A DNA stretch of 64,000 nucleotides. Origin: an uncultured bacterium (GTDB lineage Bacteria; Acidobacteriota; Thermoanaerobaculia; Multivoradales; JAHEKO01). The notes under the pieces are model-generated. The model worked only from the letters and a program-made list of their open reading frames with translations, made no database searches and was not told the DNA's origin. The translations under genes were made by a program, and so were the position numbers. This document shows, piece after piece, positions 8,040 through 17,970 of this stretch (positions are counted from its first letter, which is position 1; each line of letters opens with the position of its first letter). The DNA lies in the NCBI GenBank assembly GCA_905479655.1, contig CAJQNK010000123.1:26553-90552 (forward strand), read 5' to 3'.

Positions 8040-10184
8040 TCAGGGACGCGACCAGGCCCGGGCCAGGGGCGCCACGGCCGGCGCGCCGTCCACGCCGGAC
8101 AGGCGCGACGCCGACGCCGCGGCGCTCTCGAGGGCGCGCGCGGCCTCCACGCCGCCGCGGCCCGTGCGCAGCAGGGCGATCCCGCGCCAAAGGTCCACGG
8201 TCCCCCGCCCGAGGCCCGGCCCCGACGGCGGCTCCAGGGTGCCGAGACGGTCCGCGGCGGCGTCGGGGCGATCGGCCCGGAGGAGGACGAGTGCGCGCAG
8301 CAGCTCCGTGAGCCAGGGGGAGGCGGTGGTGACCTCCGGGGTGTCCGGGCAGGCGAGGACGGCCCACAGGGCCGGGTCCGGCGGACCCCCTCCGTCGGCC
8401 GGGACCAGGGTCGGCACGGGGACGGGAAGCAGTGTGCGGGGGGTCCGGACCGGGCCGCGATGGGTGTCGAGGGTGAGCTCGCCGGCGCCCTCGGCGACGA
8501 GGCTGCGGAAGCTCTCCAGGGTTGCGGGGAGATCGCCCACGGCCGCGATCCGGTCGCCCGGCGCGAGGCCCGCCCGGGCGCCGGGGCCCTCGGCGGCGAC
8601 CGCCACCACCCGCAGGCCGTCCTTCCCGGGGATCTCGACGAGATCGACACCCGTCCACGGAGTGGAGAAGACGATCGGCCGCTCGAGCTCCCGGAGCCAC
8701 GGGGCCTTCCCGGTGCGCGAGTCGATGGCGAAGCGCCGGTGCCAGGGTCGGGCCGGACCGGGTCCTGCCGACCACAGCCACAGGTCCGCCACGTCGGCGT
8801 AGGGCGCTCCGCGCACGGTCACGAGCAGGTAGGCGGAGCCTCCCACCTCGGAGTCGAGGCGGGCCTGCAGGGCGGTCCAGCCGTCGCCCGGGGGTGGCAG
8901 CGCGGCCACGCGCCACGGCTCGTCTCCGAGATGCGCCCAGTCGATGGTCTCGAGACCGAGGGCCGGCTCGGGCTGGCCGTCGTCGTCGGCGGCGGAGGAG
9001 AAGAACCAGCGCTCGGAGCTCCCCAGGTTCTGGGCGATCTGGCCCGCGAGCTCGATCCCCGCGACCCGGTCCTCACCCCCGAAGCCCAGGAACACGAGGG
9101 ACGGGCGCAGGCGCACCAGGAGCCCGACCTCCTGGCGGTCGGCCAGCGGCACCAATCGGCTCCAGGCGCCGCGGGCGCCGGCGCGCACCTCCAGGCGGTA
9201 GCTCCCCGGCGCCAGGGTCAGGACGGCGTCGGCGCCGTCGCCGTGGGCCACGCGCTGTCCGTCGAGGGTCAACGACGAGCCCTCGGGGATGTCGGCGACG
9301 ACGATCCGGCCCCGCGCCGGCTCGAGGACGATCGCCGGTAGACGGTAGTCGGCGAGGCGGTCGAGACGCAGGGCGAGGGTCCGCGGGCGATGACCCGGCG
9401 CCGAGACGGTGACCCGATGGGCGCCGAGCTCGACGGCGACGAGGCGTTCGCCGTTCGCCGAACCTGCGCCATCGCCGGCGGGCGCGCCGTCGACCCGGAC
9501 GGTCGCGCCGGCCGGTCGGACCGAGAGAGACAAGGTCGGAGCGACGCGCTCGAGGTCGGCCTTCAGGACCTCGTCCGCGCTCGCTCCGACGGTGATCCGC
9601 TCCTCGAGAGGCAGGAAGCCGGGGCGTTCGACCCGCACGAGGCGCTCCCCCGCGAGCAGGGGGACCTCGGTCCGCCCGCTCTCGATCTCGACACCGTCCA
9701 CGAGCACCCGGGAGTCCGCCGGGCCGACGCGCAGGATCAGCCGGCCCACCGAGGAGGCTCGCAGGTCCTCGAGGGTCGAGACCAGCTTGGGGGAGACCCG
9801 CTCCTCGTCCAGGCGGAAGCCCGGGTCGATCGTGAGCAGCGTCGCGAGGTCCCGGCTCGCGGCGGGCCCGTCGCCCAGGTTGAAGAGGGCCTCCGAGCGC
9901 AGGGCGAGAGCGCGGGCCAGGATCTCGAGCAGGGCCGGGTCCTCGGCGGTGGCCACGGCGTCGCCCGCGAGCTCGTCGATCACCCGGGAGAGCAGCGGGA
10001 TCGACTCCGGCTGGTCGACCGAGCGGAAGCGCGCCATGGCCTCGTCCATCGAGCTCCGCATCTCGCTCTCGAGGTCCCGCTCCAGGTCCTCGACGACCAT
10101 CTGCCCCCGGACCGGCGGGGGCGCCGAGGCCAGCCCGGCGAGGACGGCGAGGAGAGCGAGCAGGAAGGGCAGCCGGGTCGTCAT
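8040..10184 (-). CDS. Secreted TPR + PEGA-repeat + PDZ domain protein
   Basis: Starts MTTRLPFLLALLAVLAG (ATGA overlap with upstream stop); PEGA-like LRVGPADSRVLVDG and VRPAGATVRVDG; PDZ-like VVAVAAEGPGARAGLAPGDRIAAVG. Confidence 0.75.
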   Translation of the reverse strand: MTTRLPFLLALLAVLAGLASAPPPVRGQMVVEDLERDLESEMRSSMDEAMARFRSVDQPESIPLLSRVIDELAGDAVATAEDPALLEILARALALRSEALFNLGDGPAASRDLATLLTIDPGFRLDEERVSPKLVSTLEDLRASSVGRLILRVGPADSRVLVDGVEIESGRTEVPLLAGERLVRVERPGFLPLEERITVGASADEVLKADLERVAPTLSLSVRPAGATVRVDGAPAGDGAGSANGERLVAVELGAHRVTVSAPGHRPRTLALRLDRLADYRLPAIVLEPARGRIVVADIPEGSSLTLDGQRVAHGDGADAVLTLAPGSYRLEVRAGARGAWSRLVPLADRQEVGLLVRLRPSLVFLGFGGEDRVAGIELAGQIAQNLGSSERWFFSSAADDDGQPEPALGLETIDWAHLGDEPWRVAALPPPGDGWTALQARLDSEVGGSAYLLVTVRGAPYADVADLWLWSAGPGPARPWHRRFAIDSRTGKAPWLRELERPIVFSTPWTGVDLVEIPGKDGLRVVAVAAEGPGARAGLAPGDRIAAVGDLPATLESFRSLVAEGAGELTLDTHRGPVRTPRTLLPVPVPTLVPADGGGPPDPALWAVLACPDTPEVTTASPWLTELLRALVLLRADRPDAAADRLGTLEPPSGPGLGRGTVDLWRGIALLRTGRGGVEAARALESAAASASRLSGVDGAPAVAPLARAWSRP

Positions 10185-11692
10185 TCGATCACCACCACTC
10201 CCCGCAGGCCGCGGTCCGCGATGTACAGACGGCCGGCGCCGTCGACGGCGAGGTCCTGGGGCGCGTCCAGCCGGACGCCGCCCGGAAGATCGGGGCCGAG
10301 ACGCTCCAGGAGCTCGCCGGAGGCCGAGTAGACGCCGACGCTCCGGGAGCCTCGGTCGAGCACGTAGACGTTCGCGGCGGAGTCCACGGCGAGGGCGGCC
10401 GGTCGCTGGCCCACGCCGAGCGCGACGGTGCCGAGGGCCGACCCGTCCGCGGCGAAGCGCTCGACGGCGGATCGTTTCCGGTCCAGCACGTAGAGGCAGC
10501 CGGCGACTCCCGCGGCGACGTCCGCCGGCTCCGTGCTCGTCGGCGAGACGAGGTCCCGGGGAGTCGAGCCTGGCGAGGACGGGAACAGCGTGACCCGGCC
10601 GCGGCCCCAGAGGACCGCGACGGCGCCCGCCCCGGAGGGCGCTCCAGCCTCGAGGTCCGCGGCCTGCCGATCGGGTCTCGCCGGGTCGGCCAGGGCGGTG
10701 TCCTCGGCCGGGTTGAGGGAGAGGAGGGCGTCGCCCGCGGCGAGCCACGCCGCACCGTCGGCGCCCCAGAAGGGCCGTCCGGAGGGCAGGTCGTCGCGCC
10801 GCGCGGCGATCCGTCCGCCGTCGTCGAGGACGAGGAGGGCGTCGAGCGATCGGTCGCTCACCAGGAGTCGCCCCTCGTCGTCGACGGCGACGCCCTCCGG
10901 TCTCCGGAGCTCCGCGCCCAGGACCCGCGCCGTCCTCCATCGACTCTCGCCGGCCAGGGGGCGGACGACCAGCCTCTCGACCAGGGCGAGTCTCCGCCCG
11001 GCTCGCGCCGCCTCGCTGCCTTCGGCCCCTCGGTCGCGCACGCTCTGCAGGTGCCGGGCCGCGTCGGCCCACTCGCCCCGGGCCAGGAGGATCTCGGCCA
11101 GGCCGACGGCGGCCCGCTCCGACCAGGGTGAGGCCAGGGTGTCGAGAAGCGCCGCGGCGAAGGCCGCCTCGGCGGCGAGCGAGTCGCCGAGCCGACGGTC
11201 GATCTCTCCGATCCGCACCTGGGCGGCGACGCGCCAGGGGAGCCCGGGCCAGCGGCCGACGGGGTAGGTTTGGACGACCTCGCGAAAGCCGCGGCGGGCC
11301 GCCTCGAGGTCGACGCCGGAGCCCACGGCCTGGAGGTCGAGGTCCGCGACCAGCCACCGCGCCCCGGCCGCCCACGGTGTCTCGGGCTGGACCCGGGCCA
11401 GCTCCGCGGCGCGCCGTCTCGCGGCGTCCCGGAGCCCGAGCCGACGCTCGACGTGGGAGGCCTCGAGGCTGGCGGCCGCGGCCGTCGGCCCGTCCCCGTC
11501 GCCCGCCAGATCGACGTAGGCGCGCAACGCGTCGTCGAGCCGCCCCGCGTCCGCGAGCCGCGCGGCCGCCTCGAGGGCGCGTTCGCCGGCCGGTGGCAGG
11601 GCACGGGCGCCCTGGCCCGACCCCAGCGCCAGGAGCACCGTCAAGAAGGCCAACCCGAGGCGGCCGGGGAGGTGCCGGAGGAGAGGCGTCAT
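10181..11692 (-). CDS. Secreted TPR + NHL-repeat (beta-propeller) protein
   Basis: Signal peptide MTPLLRHLPGRLGLAFLTVLLALG; helical repeats; NHL motifs RPEGVAVDDEGRLLVSD, PAALAVDSAANVYVLD, PQDLAVDGAGRLYIAD. Confidence 0.8.
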   Translation of the reverse strand: MTPLLRHLPGRLGLAFLTVLLALGSGQGARALPPAGERALEAAARLADAGRLDDALRAYVDLAGDGDGPTAAAASLEASHVERRLGLRDAARRRAAELARVQPETPWAAGARWLVADLDLQAVGSGVDLEAARRGFREVVQTYPVGRWPGLPWRVAAQVRIGEIDRRLGDSLAAEAAFAAALLDTLASPWSERAAVGLAEILLARGEWADAARHLQSVRDRGAEGSEAARAGRRLALVERLVVRPLAGESRWRTARVLGAELRRPEGVAVDDEGRLLVSDRSLDALLVLDDGGRIAARRDDLPSGRPFWGADGAAWLAAGDALLSLNPAEDTALADPARPDRQAADLEAGAPSGAGAVAVLWGRGRVTLFPSSPGSTPRDLVSPTSTEPADVAAGVAGCLYVLDRKRSAVERFAADGSALGTVALGVGQRPAALAVDSAANVYVLDRGSRSVGVYSASGELLERLGPDLPGGVRLDAPQDLAVDGAGRLYIADRGLRGVVVIE

Positions 11693-12753
11693 CCGCCCGC
11701 ACCCCCGCCCGTGGCGGAGACGACGAAACGCTCGGTCTCCGGCGTCACCTCGACCTCGACCGTCCGCTGGGCGCCCAGTTGGTCCCAGACGAAGGTGAGC
11801 TGGTGCGAGCCGAGGGGCAGGGCGACGTCCGCGGGCAGCCAGTCGATCTCCCGGCCGTCGACGGACAGCCGGCAGCGGCTCGGTTGCGCCATGACCCGTA
11901 CGGTGACGACCCCCGGCAGCCGGAGGTCGCGGGTCTCGTTCGGCGCTAGGTCGAGGGTGAGGCGCTCCTCGTAGACGACGGAGGCGCTGCGCAGCACCAC
12001 CTCGCGCCGGCCGGGCTTGAGGGAGATGGCCTGTCGGCCCTCGACGTTCCAGGTCTGGCCGCCGGTGGTGAGGCGGACCGGGAAGGGCGCGTGGACCACC
12101 AGGGTGGCGGGTAGGACGACCTCGCGCAGCGGGAAGAACAGCTCTCGCTGCTCGCGCTGGGAGTCGCGCAGGTCCGCGAGACGAAAGGTGAGGCTCTCTT
12201 CGTGAAAGTCTGCGAGCTCGATTCTCAACCGATGCCTGGCGTCGGGGTCGAGCGCCACGGTCAGCGGCGTGACCCCCGGGAGGTGCTGGTCGCCGAGGTA
12301 GACGGTGGCCCCCGCGGGCCGGCTGACGACGCGGAACTCGACCGGGGGGCGTTGGAGACGGGGCACCCAGCGCTCCGGCAGGCCGGGACCCACCTCGACC
12401 TCGCGCTCGGCGACGATCTCGCCGTCGCGCACCAGGTAGATGCTCGCCGTCCGTCCCTCGGGCCCCTCGAGCTGCACGGTGGTCGGCGTCGTGCCGCGGG
12501 TGGACCCGTCCACGAGGATCTCGACCCCCGTGGGGTCGCTGGAGACCTCCAGGGGCCAGGTGGCGACGGCCGGGGGCTCCGGCTCCGGACGGGAGAGTGG
12601 TGGAGCCGCGAACCAGGCGGCCAGGCCCAAGGCGGCGAGGATGCCGATCGCCGCGACCCAACGTCCCAGCCGCGGCGGCCGGCGTCGGGGGCGCTCGGAT
12701 CCGCGGCGGGTCGGCCGGGACGAGGTCGAAAGCTCCAATTCGTCGATGTTCAA
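11689..12753 (-). CDS. Membrane-anchored PEGA-domain protein
   Basis: One N-terminal TM helix; VSSDPTGVEILVDG..GTTP and VVSRPAGATVYLG..GVTP; TTG start after GGAGAGG. Confidence 0.75.
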   Translation of the reverse strand: MNIDELELSTSSRPTRRGSERPRRRPPRLGRWVAAIGILAALGLAAWFAAPPLSRPEPEPPAVATWPLEVSSDPTGVEILVDGSTRGTTPTTVQLEGPEGRTASIYLVRDGEIVAEREVEVGPGLPERWVPRLQRPPVEFRVVSRPAGATVYLGDQHLPGVTPLTVALDPDARHRLRIELADFHEESLTFRLADLRDSQREQRELFFPLREVVLPATLVVHAPFPVRLTTGGQTWNVEGRQAISLKPGRREVVLRSASVVYEERLTLDLAPNETRDLRLPGVVTVRVMAQPSRCRLSVDGREIDWLPADVALPLGSHQLTFVWDQLGAQRTVEVEVTPETERFVVSATGGGAGG

Positions 12754-12923
12754 GGGCCTCTCCAGCGGCTCATCATAGCGTCCGCGTTCCGCTCTCGGGC
12801 CGGGGCCCGGGGGTCTCGGCCTGGGGTATCCTTCGCGACGTTGCCTCGACTGATTTTCCCGAAGCCGGCGTTCCCGCCGATCTGCCGGCGCCGGTGACTC
12901 CCGATTCGGAGGTCTCTCCCCCC

Positions 12924-14180
12924 GTGTCCGATCCTCGTTCAGGTCGTCGTATCGCGCTGCTCTGCCAGCACTTCTATCCCGAACTGATCTCGACCGGCAT
13001 GCACATGACGGAGCTGGCCGAGAGCCTGACGCGTCTCGGTTGGCAGATCACCGTCTTCTGCGCCCAGCCGACCCTGGATCTCGAGGGGAAGAGCGAGAAG
13101 GTGCCCCGCGAGATCGAGCACGAGGGGGTCCGCGTGCTGCGGGTCTCCGCCTGGGGCTCGCACGGCGCCGGCCTCGCCGCCCGGCTGGCGTTCGCCGTCA
13201 CCTACCTGCTGTCGACCCTCGTGGCCGTCTTCCGCCACCGCCGTTCGTTCGATGCGGTCCTGGTGACGACCAACCCGCCGTTCCTGGGCCTCGTGGGGCG
13301 CATCCTCCGGCTCGTCGGGGGGCCGCCCTACGCCGTCATCGTGTACGACGTGTACCCGGACCTGGCGGTGCGGCTCGGCGTCCTCGGCCGGCGCTCTCCC
13401 GCGGCCTGGCTCTGGGAGCGCGTCACGCGGACGATCCTGAAGGGGGCGGCGAGCCTGGTCGTCATCGGCCGGGACATGGAGAAGCTGATCCGGGGCAAGC
13501 TCCCGGCCCGGCTCCACGGCCTCACGACCCTGATCCCCAACTGGTCCGACGAGAGCCTGGTGCGGCCCGTGCCGCGCGACGAGAACCCGTTCCGGGCGGA
13601 GCACGGTCTCCAGGAGCGCACCGTCGTCCAGTACTCGGGGCGCATGGCGCGGACCCACAACCTGGAGCCGCTCGTCGAGGCGGTGGAGCACCTGCGGGAT
13701 CTGCCGATCACGGTGCTCATGATCGGCGACGGGGCCAAGAAGAAGGTGTTGCAGCGCATCGCCGAGGAGCGGGGGCTCGACAACGTCATGTTCCTGCCGT
13801 ACCAGCCGCGGGAGCACCTGCACGAGGTGCTGTCGGCGGCCGATCTGGCGGTCGTCTGCCTGGGGAGCCGCTACACGGGGGTCTCGGTGCCCAGCAAGAC
13901 CTACGGCATCATGGCCGCCGGCGTGCCGATCCTGGCCTTCGTCGATCGGGAGAGCGAGATCGGCCTCGCCGTCGAGGAGGAGGCCTGCGGGTTCGTGCTG
14001 CCCGATCCCACCCCGGAGGGCGTCGCCGAGCTGTTGGCGGGTCTGGCCGCCGAGCCCGAGCGTCTGGAGGCCATGGCGGCGGCGAGCCGCCGTGCCTTCG
14101 AGTCGAACTACACCCTGAGCCTGTCGGCGCGGCGCTACTCGGAGATGCTCGAGCGGGTGATCGCCGGGGGGACGGAGTGA
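12924..14180 (+). CDS. Glycosyltransferase family 4 (WcaI/WbuB-like)
   Basis: LLCQHFYPE, TNPPFL, YDVYPD, IPNWSD, YSGRMARTHNLE, SVPSKTYGIMAAGVP; GTG start at 12924. Confidence 0.9.
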   Translation: MSDPRSGRRIALLCQHFYPELISTGMHMTELAESLTRLGWQITVFCAQPTLDLEGKSEKVPREIEHEGVRVLRVSAWGSHGAGLAARLAFAVTYLLSTLVAVFRHRRSFDAVLVTTNPPFLGLVGRILRLVGGPPYAVIVYDVYPDLAVRLGVLGRRSPAAWLWERVTRTILKGAASLVVIGRDMEKLIRGKLPARLHGLTTLIPNWSDESLVRPVPRDENPFRAEHGLQERTVVQYSGRMARTHNLEPLVEAVEHLRDLPITVLMIGDGAKKKVLQRIAEERGLDNVMFLPYQPREHLHEVLSAADLAVVCLGSRYTGVSVPSKTYGIMAAGVPILAFVDRESEIGLAVEEEACGFVLPDPTPEGVAELLAGLAAEPERLEAMAAASRRAFESNYTLSLSARRYSEMLERVIAGGTE

Positions 14181-15235
14181 GACTCCTGGTGACCGGCTCG
14201 GCCGGTTTCATCGGCTCGGCGCTGGCGCCGCTCCTGGCCGCCGCCGGCCACCAGGTGGCGGGCGCCGACCGCCGGAGCGGAGACGGCCTGGGCCTGGAGC
14301 GCCAGGTACGGGGGGATCTCCTGGATCCCTCGGTCCTGGAGGATGCCCTCGACGGCCCCGATCCCGAGCGGAACCCCGGGGTCGACGCGGTGCTGCACCT
14401 GGCGGCCGCCAAGGACGACTGGGGACTGGCCCCGGAGGAGTTCCATCGCGACAACATCGAGCTGACGGAGAAGCTGGTGGAGTCCGGTGGACGTCGGGGT
14501 GTCGAGAGCTGGATCTTCCTGAGCACGGTCGCCGTCATCGGGCCGAGCTCGGAGGCCGCGACGGAGGAGACCCCGGCCGAGGCCACCGACCCGTACGGGG
14601 GCTCCAAGGTGGCCGGCGAGCGCCTGTTTCGGGAGCTGGCCCGGCAGGACCCGGCGGTGCGGGTCGGAGTCCTCCGACCCTCGATCGTCTACGGCCCGGG
14701 CAACTACCCCTACACGAACATCTACCGCCTGATCGAGGCGCTCCACACCGGCCGCTTCGTGATGATCGGGCGGGGGGAGACGCTGAAGACCTTCTCCTAC
14801 GTCGAGAATCTCAACGCGGCCACCGTCTGGCTCCTGGAGCACCTGCGCCCAGGAGTCCAGACCTACATCTGCGTCGACGAGCCGCGGCTCACGACCCGCC
14901 ATCTCGTGGACCGGCTCTGCGACCTGCTCGGCCGCCGCCCGCCCCGTGCCTACCTCCCGCGGTGGATCGCCGAGCCGCTGGCCTGGCCGGCCGACCTGGC
15001 GGCCCGCTGGACCGGGATCAACTTCCCGATCACGGCGGCTCGGGTGCGCAAGTTCTGCACGCCGACCAACTACGATCCGGCGGCGCTCCTGGCCGCCGGT
15101 TTCGACCCCCCGGTGGACAACGACGAGGCCCTCCGACGGACCGTCGAGTGGCATCTCGCGGAGCGGGAGCGACTTCGGGGCCTGCCGCGGAAGAGCGACC
15201 TGCCCGGGCATTCGGACGGGCACTCGGACGTCTGA
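14177..15235 (+). CDS. NAD-dependent epimerase/dehydratase
   Basis: LLVTGSAGFIG, VLHLAA, YGGSK (YxxxK), LRPSIVYGPG; GTGA overlap with GT4 stop. Confidence 0.9.
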   Translation: MRLLVTGSAGFIGSALAPLLAAAGHQVAGADRRSGDGLGLERQVRGDLLDPSVLEDALDGPDPERNPGVDAVLHLAAAKDDWGLAPEEFHRDNIELTEKLVESGGRRGVESWIFLSTVAVIGPSSEAATEETPAEATDPYGGSKVAGERLFRELARQDPAVRVGVLRPSIVYGPGNYPYTNIYRLIEALHTGRFVMIGRGETLKTFSYVENLNAATVWLLEHLRPGVQTYICVDEPRLTTRHLVDRLCDLLGRRPPRAYLPRWIAEPLAWPADLAARWTGINFPITAARVRKFCTPTNYDPAALLAAGFDPPVDNDEALRRTVEWHLAERERLRGLPRKSDLPGHSDGHSDV

Positions 15236-15431
15236 CGGCTCCCGCCCCGGCGCGGAGGGGTTCGTGGCCGTTCGTGTCATACTCTCGGCTCGCCTCCCAG
15301 TTCCCAGGAGCTCGCCGCGGTCGCCGGAACGGGCCGCGGAGATCGACGACCCCGGTGCGGGCCGCCCGGGCCGCCGCCTTCGGGCGCGGATCCTCGCGCG
15401 GCGGGCCCGCGCCGAGAGAGGAGTGAATCCG

Positions 15432-15833
15432 ATGAAGAGTGCGAACCGGGCCACCGTACCCGCCCTGGCGGGCGTCCTTCTCGCGGTCCTGCTCGCCGGG
15501 CCGCCCGTGGGGCTGCCCGGGGGGCCGTCCGCGTCGGCCGCCGTGCCGAGTGCCCCGATGCTCACGGACGCGCAGGTGGACGCCCTGTTGCTGGCGGCCG
15601 AGGAGCTCGCGACCGACCTCCACGAGCTGCGCTCGCTGCCGCGCGACGCCGAACATGCCGAGCGGATCCTGGCGGCTCGGGAGCGGGCCGGCCGCAGCCT
15701 GGAGTCCCTGCTCGAGGCCGCCGGCCTCACGAAGGAAGAGCTGACCCGGCTGATCGACGCCGGCAGCGTGCAGAGGAGCGTGGAGGAGACCGGTGAGCCC
15801 ATCTTGCGCCCTCTCGACGACGCTCGGCGCTAG
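15432..15833 (+). CDS. Hypothetical secreted helical protein
   Basis: GAGGAG RBS, signal-peptide-like N-terminus, host-like codon usage. Confidence 0.6.
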   Translation: MKSANRATVPALAGVLLAVLLAGPPVGLPGGPSASAAVPSAPMLTDAQVDALLLAAEELATDLHELRSLPRDAEHAERILAARERAGRSLESLLEAAGLTKEELTRLIDAGSVQRSVEETGEPILRPLDDARR

Positions 15834-16941
15834 CCTGCTGATCGTCGTCGGCGCCGTGGTCGCGGCGGGCCAGGAGCCCGCGCGGCAGGTGGTGGCCACG
15901 ATCGACGGGCGCGCCATCCACCTGGACGAGGTCGAGCCCCGGCTGGGTCTCGAGGCGTACCGGCTGCAGGCGGATCTGCATCGACTCCTGGAGCGCGGCG
16001 TCCGCGAGCTGGTCGACGACCGCCTCCTGGCACGCGAGGCCGACCGGCGTGGCGTGACGGTGGAGGAGTTCCTCGTCGCCGAGGTCGACGCTCACCTGGC
16101 GCAGGTCGGGGACGCGGAGGTCGACGCCTACCTGGCGGCCCGCGACCGGTCCGGCGACGGGCCCGAGGTGCGCACGCGGGTGCGTTCGTATCTCGAGGAG
16201 CGGGCGCGCATCGCGCGCCGTCTCGAGGTGCTCGCGGAGTTGCGCTCCGGGGTCGACCTGGAGCTGCTCGTCGAGCCGCCCGCACCGCCGCGCGTCGCTA
16301 TCGATCTCGCCGGGCTCCCCCGCAGGGGAGCGGACCAGCCCGACGTCTCCGTGGTCCACTTCGCCGGGTTCCGTTGCCCACGGTGCGCCGAGAGCGCCCG
16401 CTGGCTGGAGGCGTTGGTGGACGAGCATCCCGAGCGGGTCGCGTGGTTTCATCACAGTGCGCTGAGCCGCGTCGACGACCTTGCCCTGTCCGCGGCGGAG
16501 CTGGCCGCGGAGGCGCAGGCCGCCGGTCGGTTCTGGCCGGTCCACGACCGGTTGATGGCCTACGAGGGTCGCTTGACGACCGACGACCTGGGTCTCCTGG
16601 CCGCGGACGCGGGACTCGCCGAGGTGGCGACGCCCGAGGCCCTCGCCGGGGTCGTCGCGAGCCGCCGCGCCGACCTCGGCCGCGAGCTCGCCGAGGCCGA
16701 GCGCCTGGGCGTGAGCCAGGCGCCGGTGGTCTTCGTCAACGGCCGCTACTTCCACCCTTCTTTCGGCCGCGAGGCCCTGGAGGAGCTGGTGGCCGACGAG
16801 CTGGCGCGCACCGCGCCCGCCGCGTCGGTCGCCTCTCCCGCGGGTGACGGCGGCCGATCCGAATCCGAAACCGAATCCGAGACGTTCGATCCGCCGGCCG
16901 CAGCCGGCAGGGAGGAGTCCCATGTCCCCGAGATACCGTAG
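15793..16941 (+). CDS. DsbA/thioredoxin-fold protein with SurA-like N-terminal region
   Basis: VVATIDG..I; FAGFRCPRCA (CxxC); LGVSQAPVVFVNGR; GGAGGAG RBS. Confidence 0.8.
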   Translation: MSPSCALSTTLGASLLIVVGAVVAAGQEPARQVVATIDGRAIHLDEVEPRLGLEAYRLQADLHRLLERGVRELVDDRLLAREADRRGVTVEEFLVAEVDAHLAQVGDAEVDAYLAARDRSGDGPEVRTRVRSYLEERARIARRLEVLAELRSGVDLELLVEPPAPPRVAIDLAGLPRRGADQPDVSVVHFAGFRCPRCAESARWLEALVDEHPERVAWFHHSALSRVDDLALSAAELAAEAQAAGRFWPVHDRLMAYEGRLTTDDLGLLAADAGLAEVATPEALAGVVASRRADLGRELAEAERLGVSQAPVVFVNGRYFHPSFGREALEELVADELARTAPAASVASPAGDGGRSESETESETFDPPAAAGREESHVPEIP

Positions 16942-17806
16942 TTTCGCCGCCCTCCTCGCGCTCGCCCTGGCGCTGGTCCCGGCCGTGCCCCCCGTGGCCG
17001 CCCAGCAGCTGGCGCCCAACCGGATCTCGTCTACGGGCGACAGCATCACGGAGGCCATCGACGCGGAGCTGCCGCTAGCCAACCATTGGGCGAGCTGGGC
17101 CGGCGGCTACAGCAACTTCTGGACCCGGTTGTTCGGCCTGGCGGACGTCCGCAGCCACAACCAGCGGATCGACTTCTTCATCAACCCCGGAGGCCGGGCG
17201 AACTTCATCGAGGCCAAGAGCGGGGCCGACAGCTTCGACTTCCCGGGCCAGGCGCTCCAGGCGGTCGATCACGCGGCCGCCTACGTGACCGTCTTCATGG
17301 GCCACAACGACGTCTGCCAGAACGACTTCGCCGACATCCCGACGGACGCGGAGTTCGAGGCGAACATGCGCGCGGGCCTGGAGAGCCTGCGCACGGGTCT
17401 GCCCGTCGGCGCCACGGTCTACGTCGTGAGCATCGTCGACATCTACAAGCTCTGGGAGCTGGGCGACGAGCTGACCGCCCTGGGCCTCCTCGATTGCGAG
17501 CTCCTGTGGAGTCTCACCCTCCTCGAGCTCTTCCCCTGCGGGACCATGCTCAGCCCCCTCAACAGCGAGGAGGACCGACAGTTCACGAGGGGCCGCAACA
17601 TCGCGTTCAACGAGATCCTGTCGGCCCTGGTCGACGAGTACTCGCAGGCCGACCCGGAGCACTACTACTTCTACACGGGCTCGATCTTCGACACCGAATT
17701 CGTCGCCGACGACATCTCGTGGATCGACTGCTTCCACCCGAGCCCGCGGGGCCAGAAGAAGCTCTCCCACAAGACCTGGAATGTCGGCCCGTTCGCCGAT
17801 TTCTGA
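16922..17806 (+). CDS. Secreted SGNH/GDSL hydrolase
   Basis: Signal peptide; TGDSIT, MGHNDVC, DCFHPS. Confidence 0.88.
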   Translation: MSPRYRSFAALLALALALVPAVPPVAAQQLAPNRISSTGDSITEAIDAELPLANHWASWAGGYSNFWTRLFGLADVRSHNQRIDFFINPGGRANFIEAKSGADSFDFPGQALQAVDHAAAYVTVFMGHNDVCQNDFADIPTDAEFEANMRAGLESLRTGLPVGATVYVVSIVDIYKLWELGDELTALGLLDCELLWSLTLLELFPCGTMLSPLNSEEDRQFTRGRNIAFNEILSALVDEYSQADPEHYYFYTGSIFDTEFVADDISWIDCFHPSPRGQKKLSHKTWNVGPFADF

Positions 17807-17970
17807 GCGCGAGGGGCGACCGGGGTGTCGGGCCGGTCGCGGCCGGTCGACCCTCGCTGCTCCGCCGCCGGTTGTCTTGGTAGACTTCCCCGACGTCTGA
17901 CACTCTCCTGACGGGCGATGCCTACTTTCCCCCAGAGTGTCGGGCGCACGGTGCTCGGAGGAGTTGCGCG

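Noticed and set aside
10185..12661. Long Arg/Pro-rich N-terminal extensions of ORFs 8040..11702 and 10181..12661 as frameshifted fusions
   Set aside because: Each real gene has its own signal peptide and an ATGA-coupled start; the extensions are off-frame read-through
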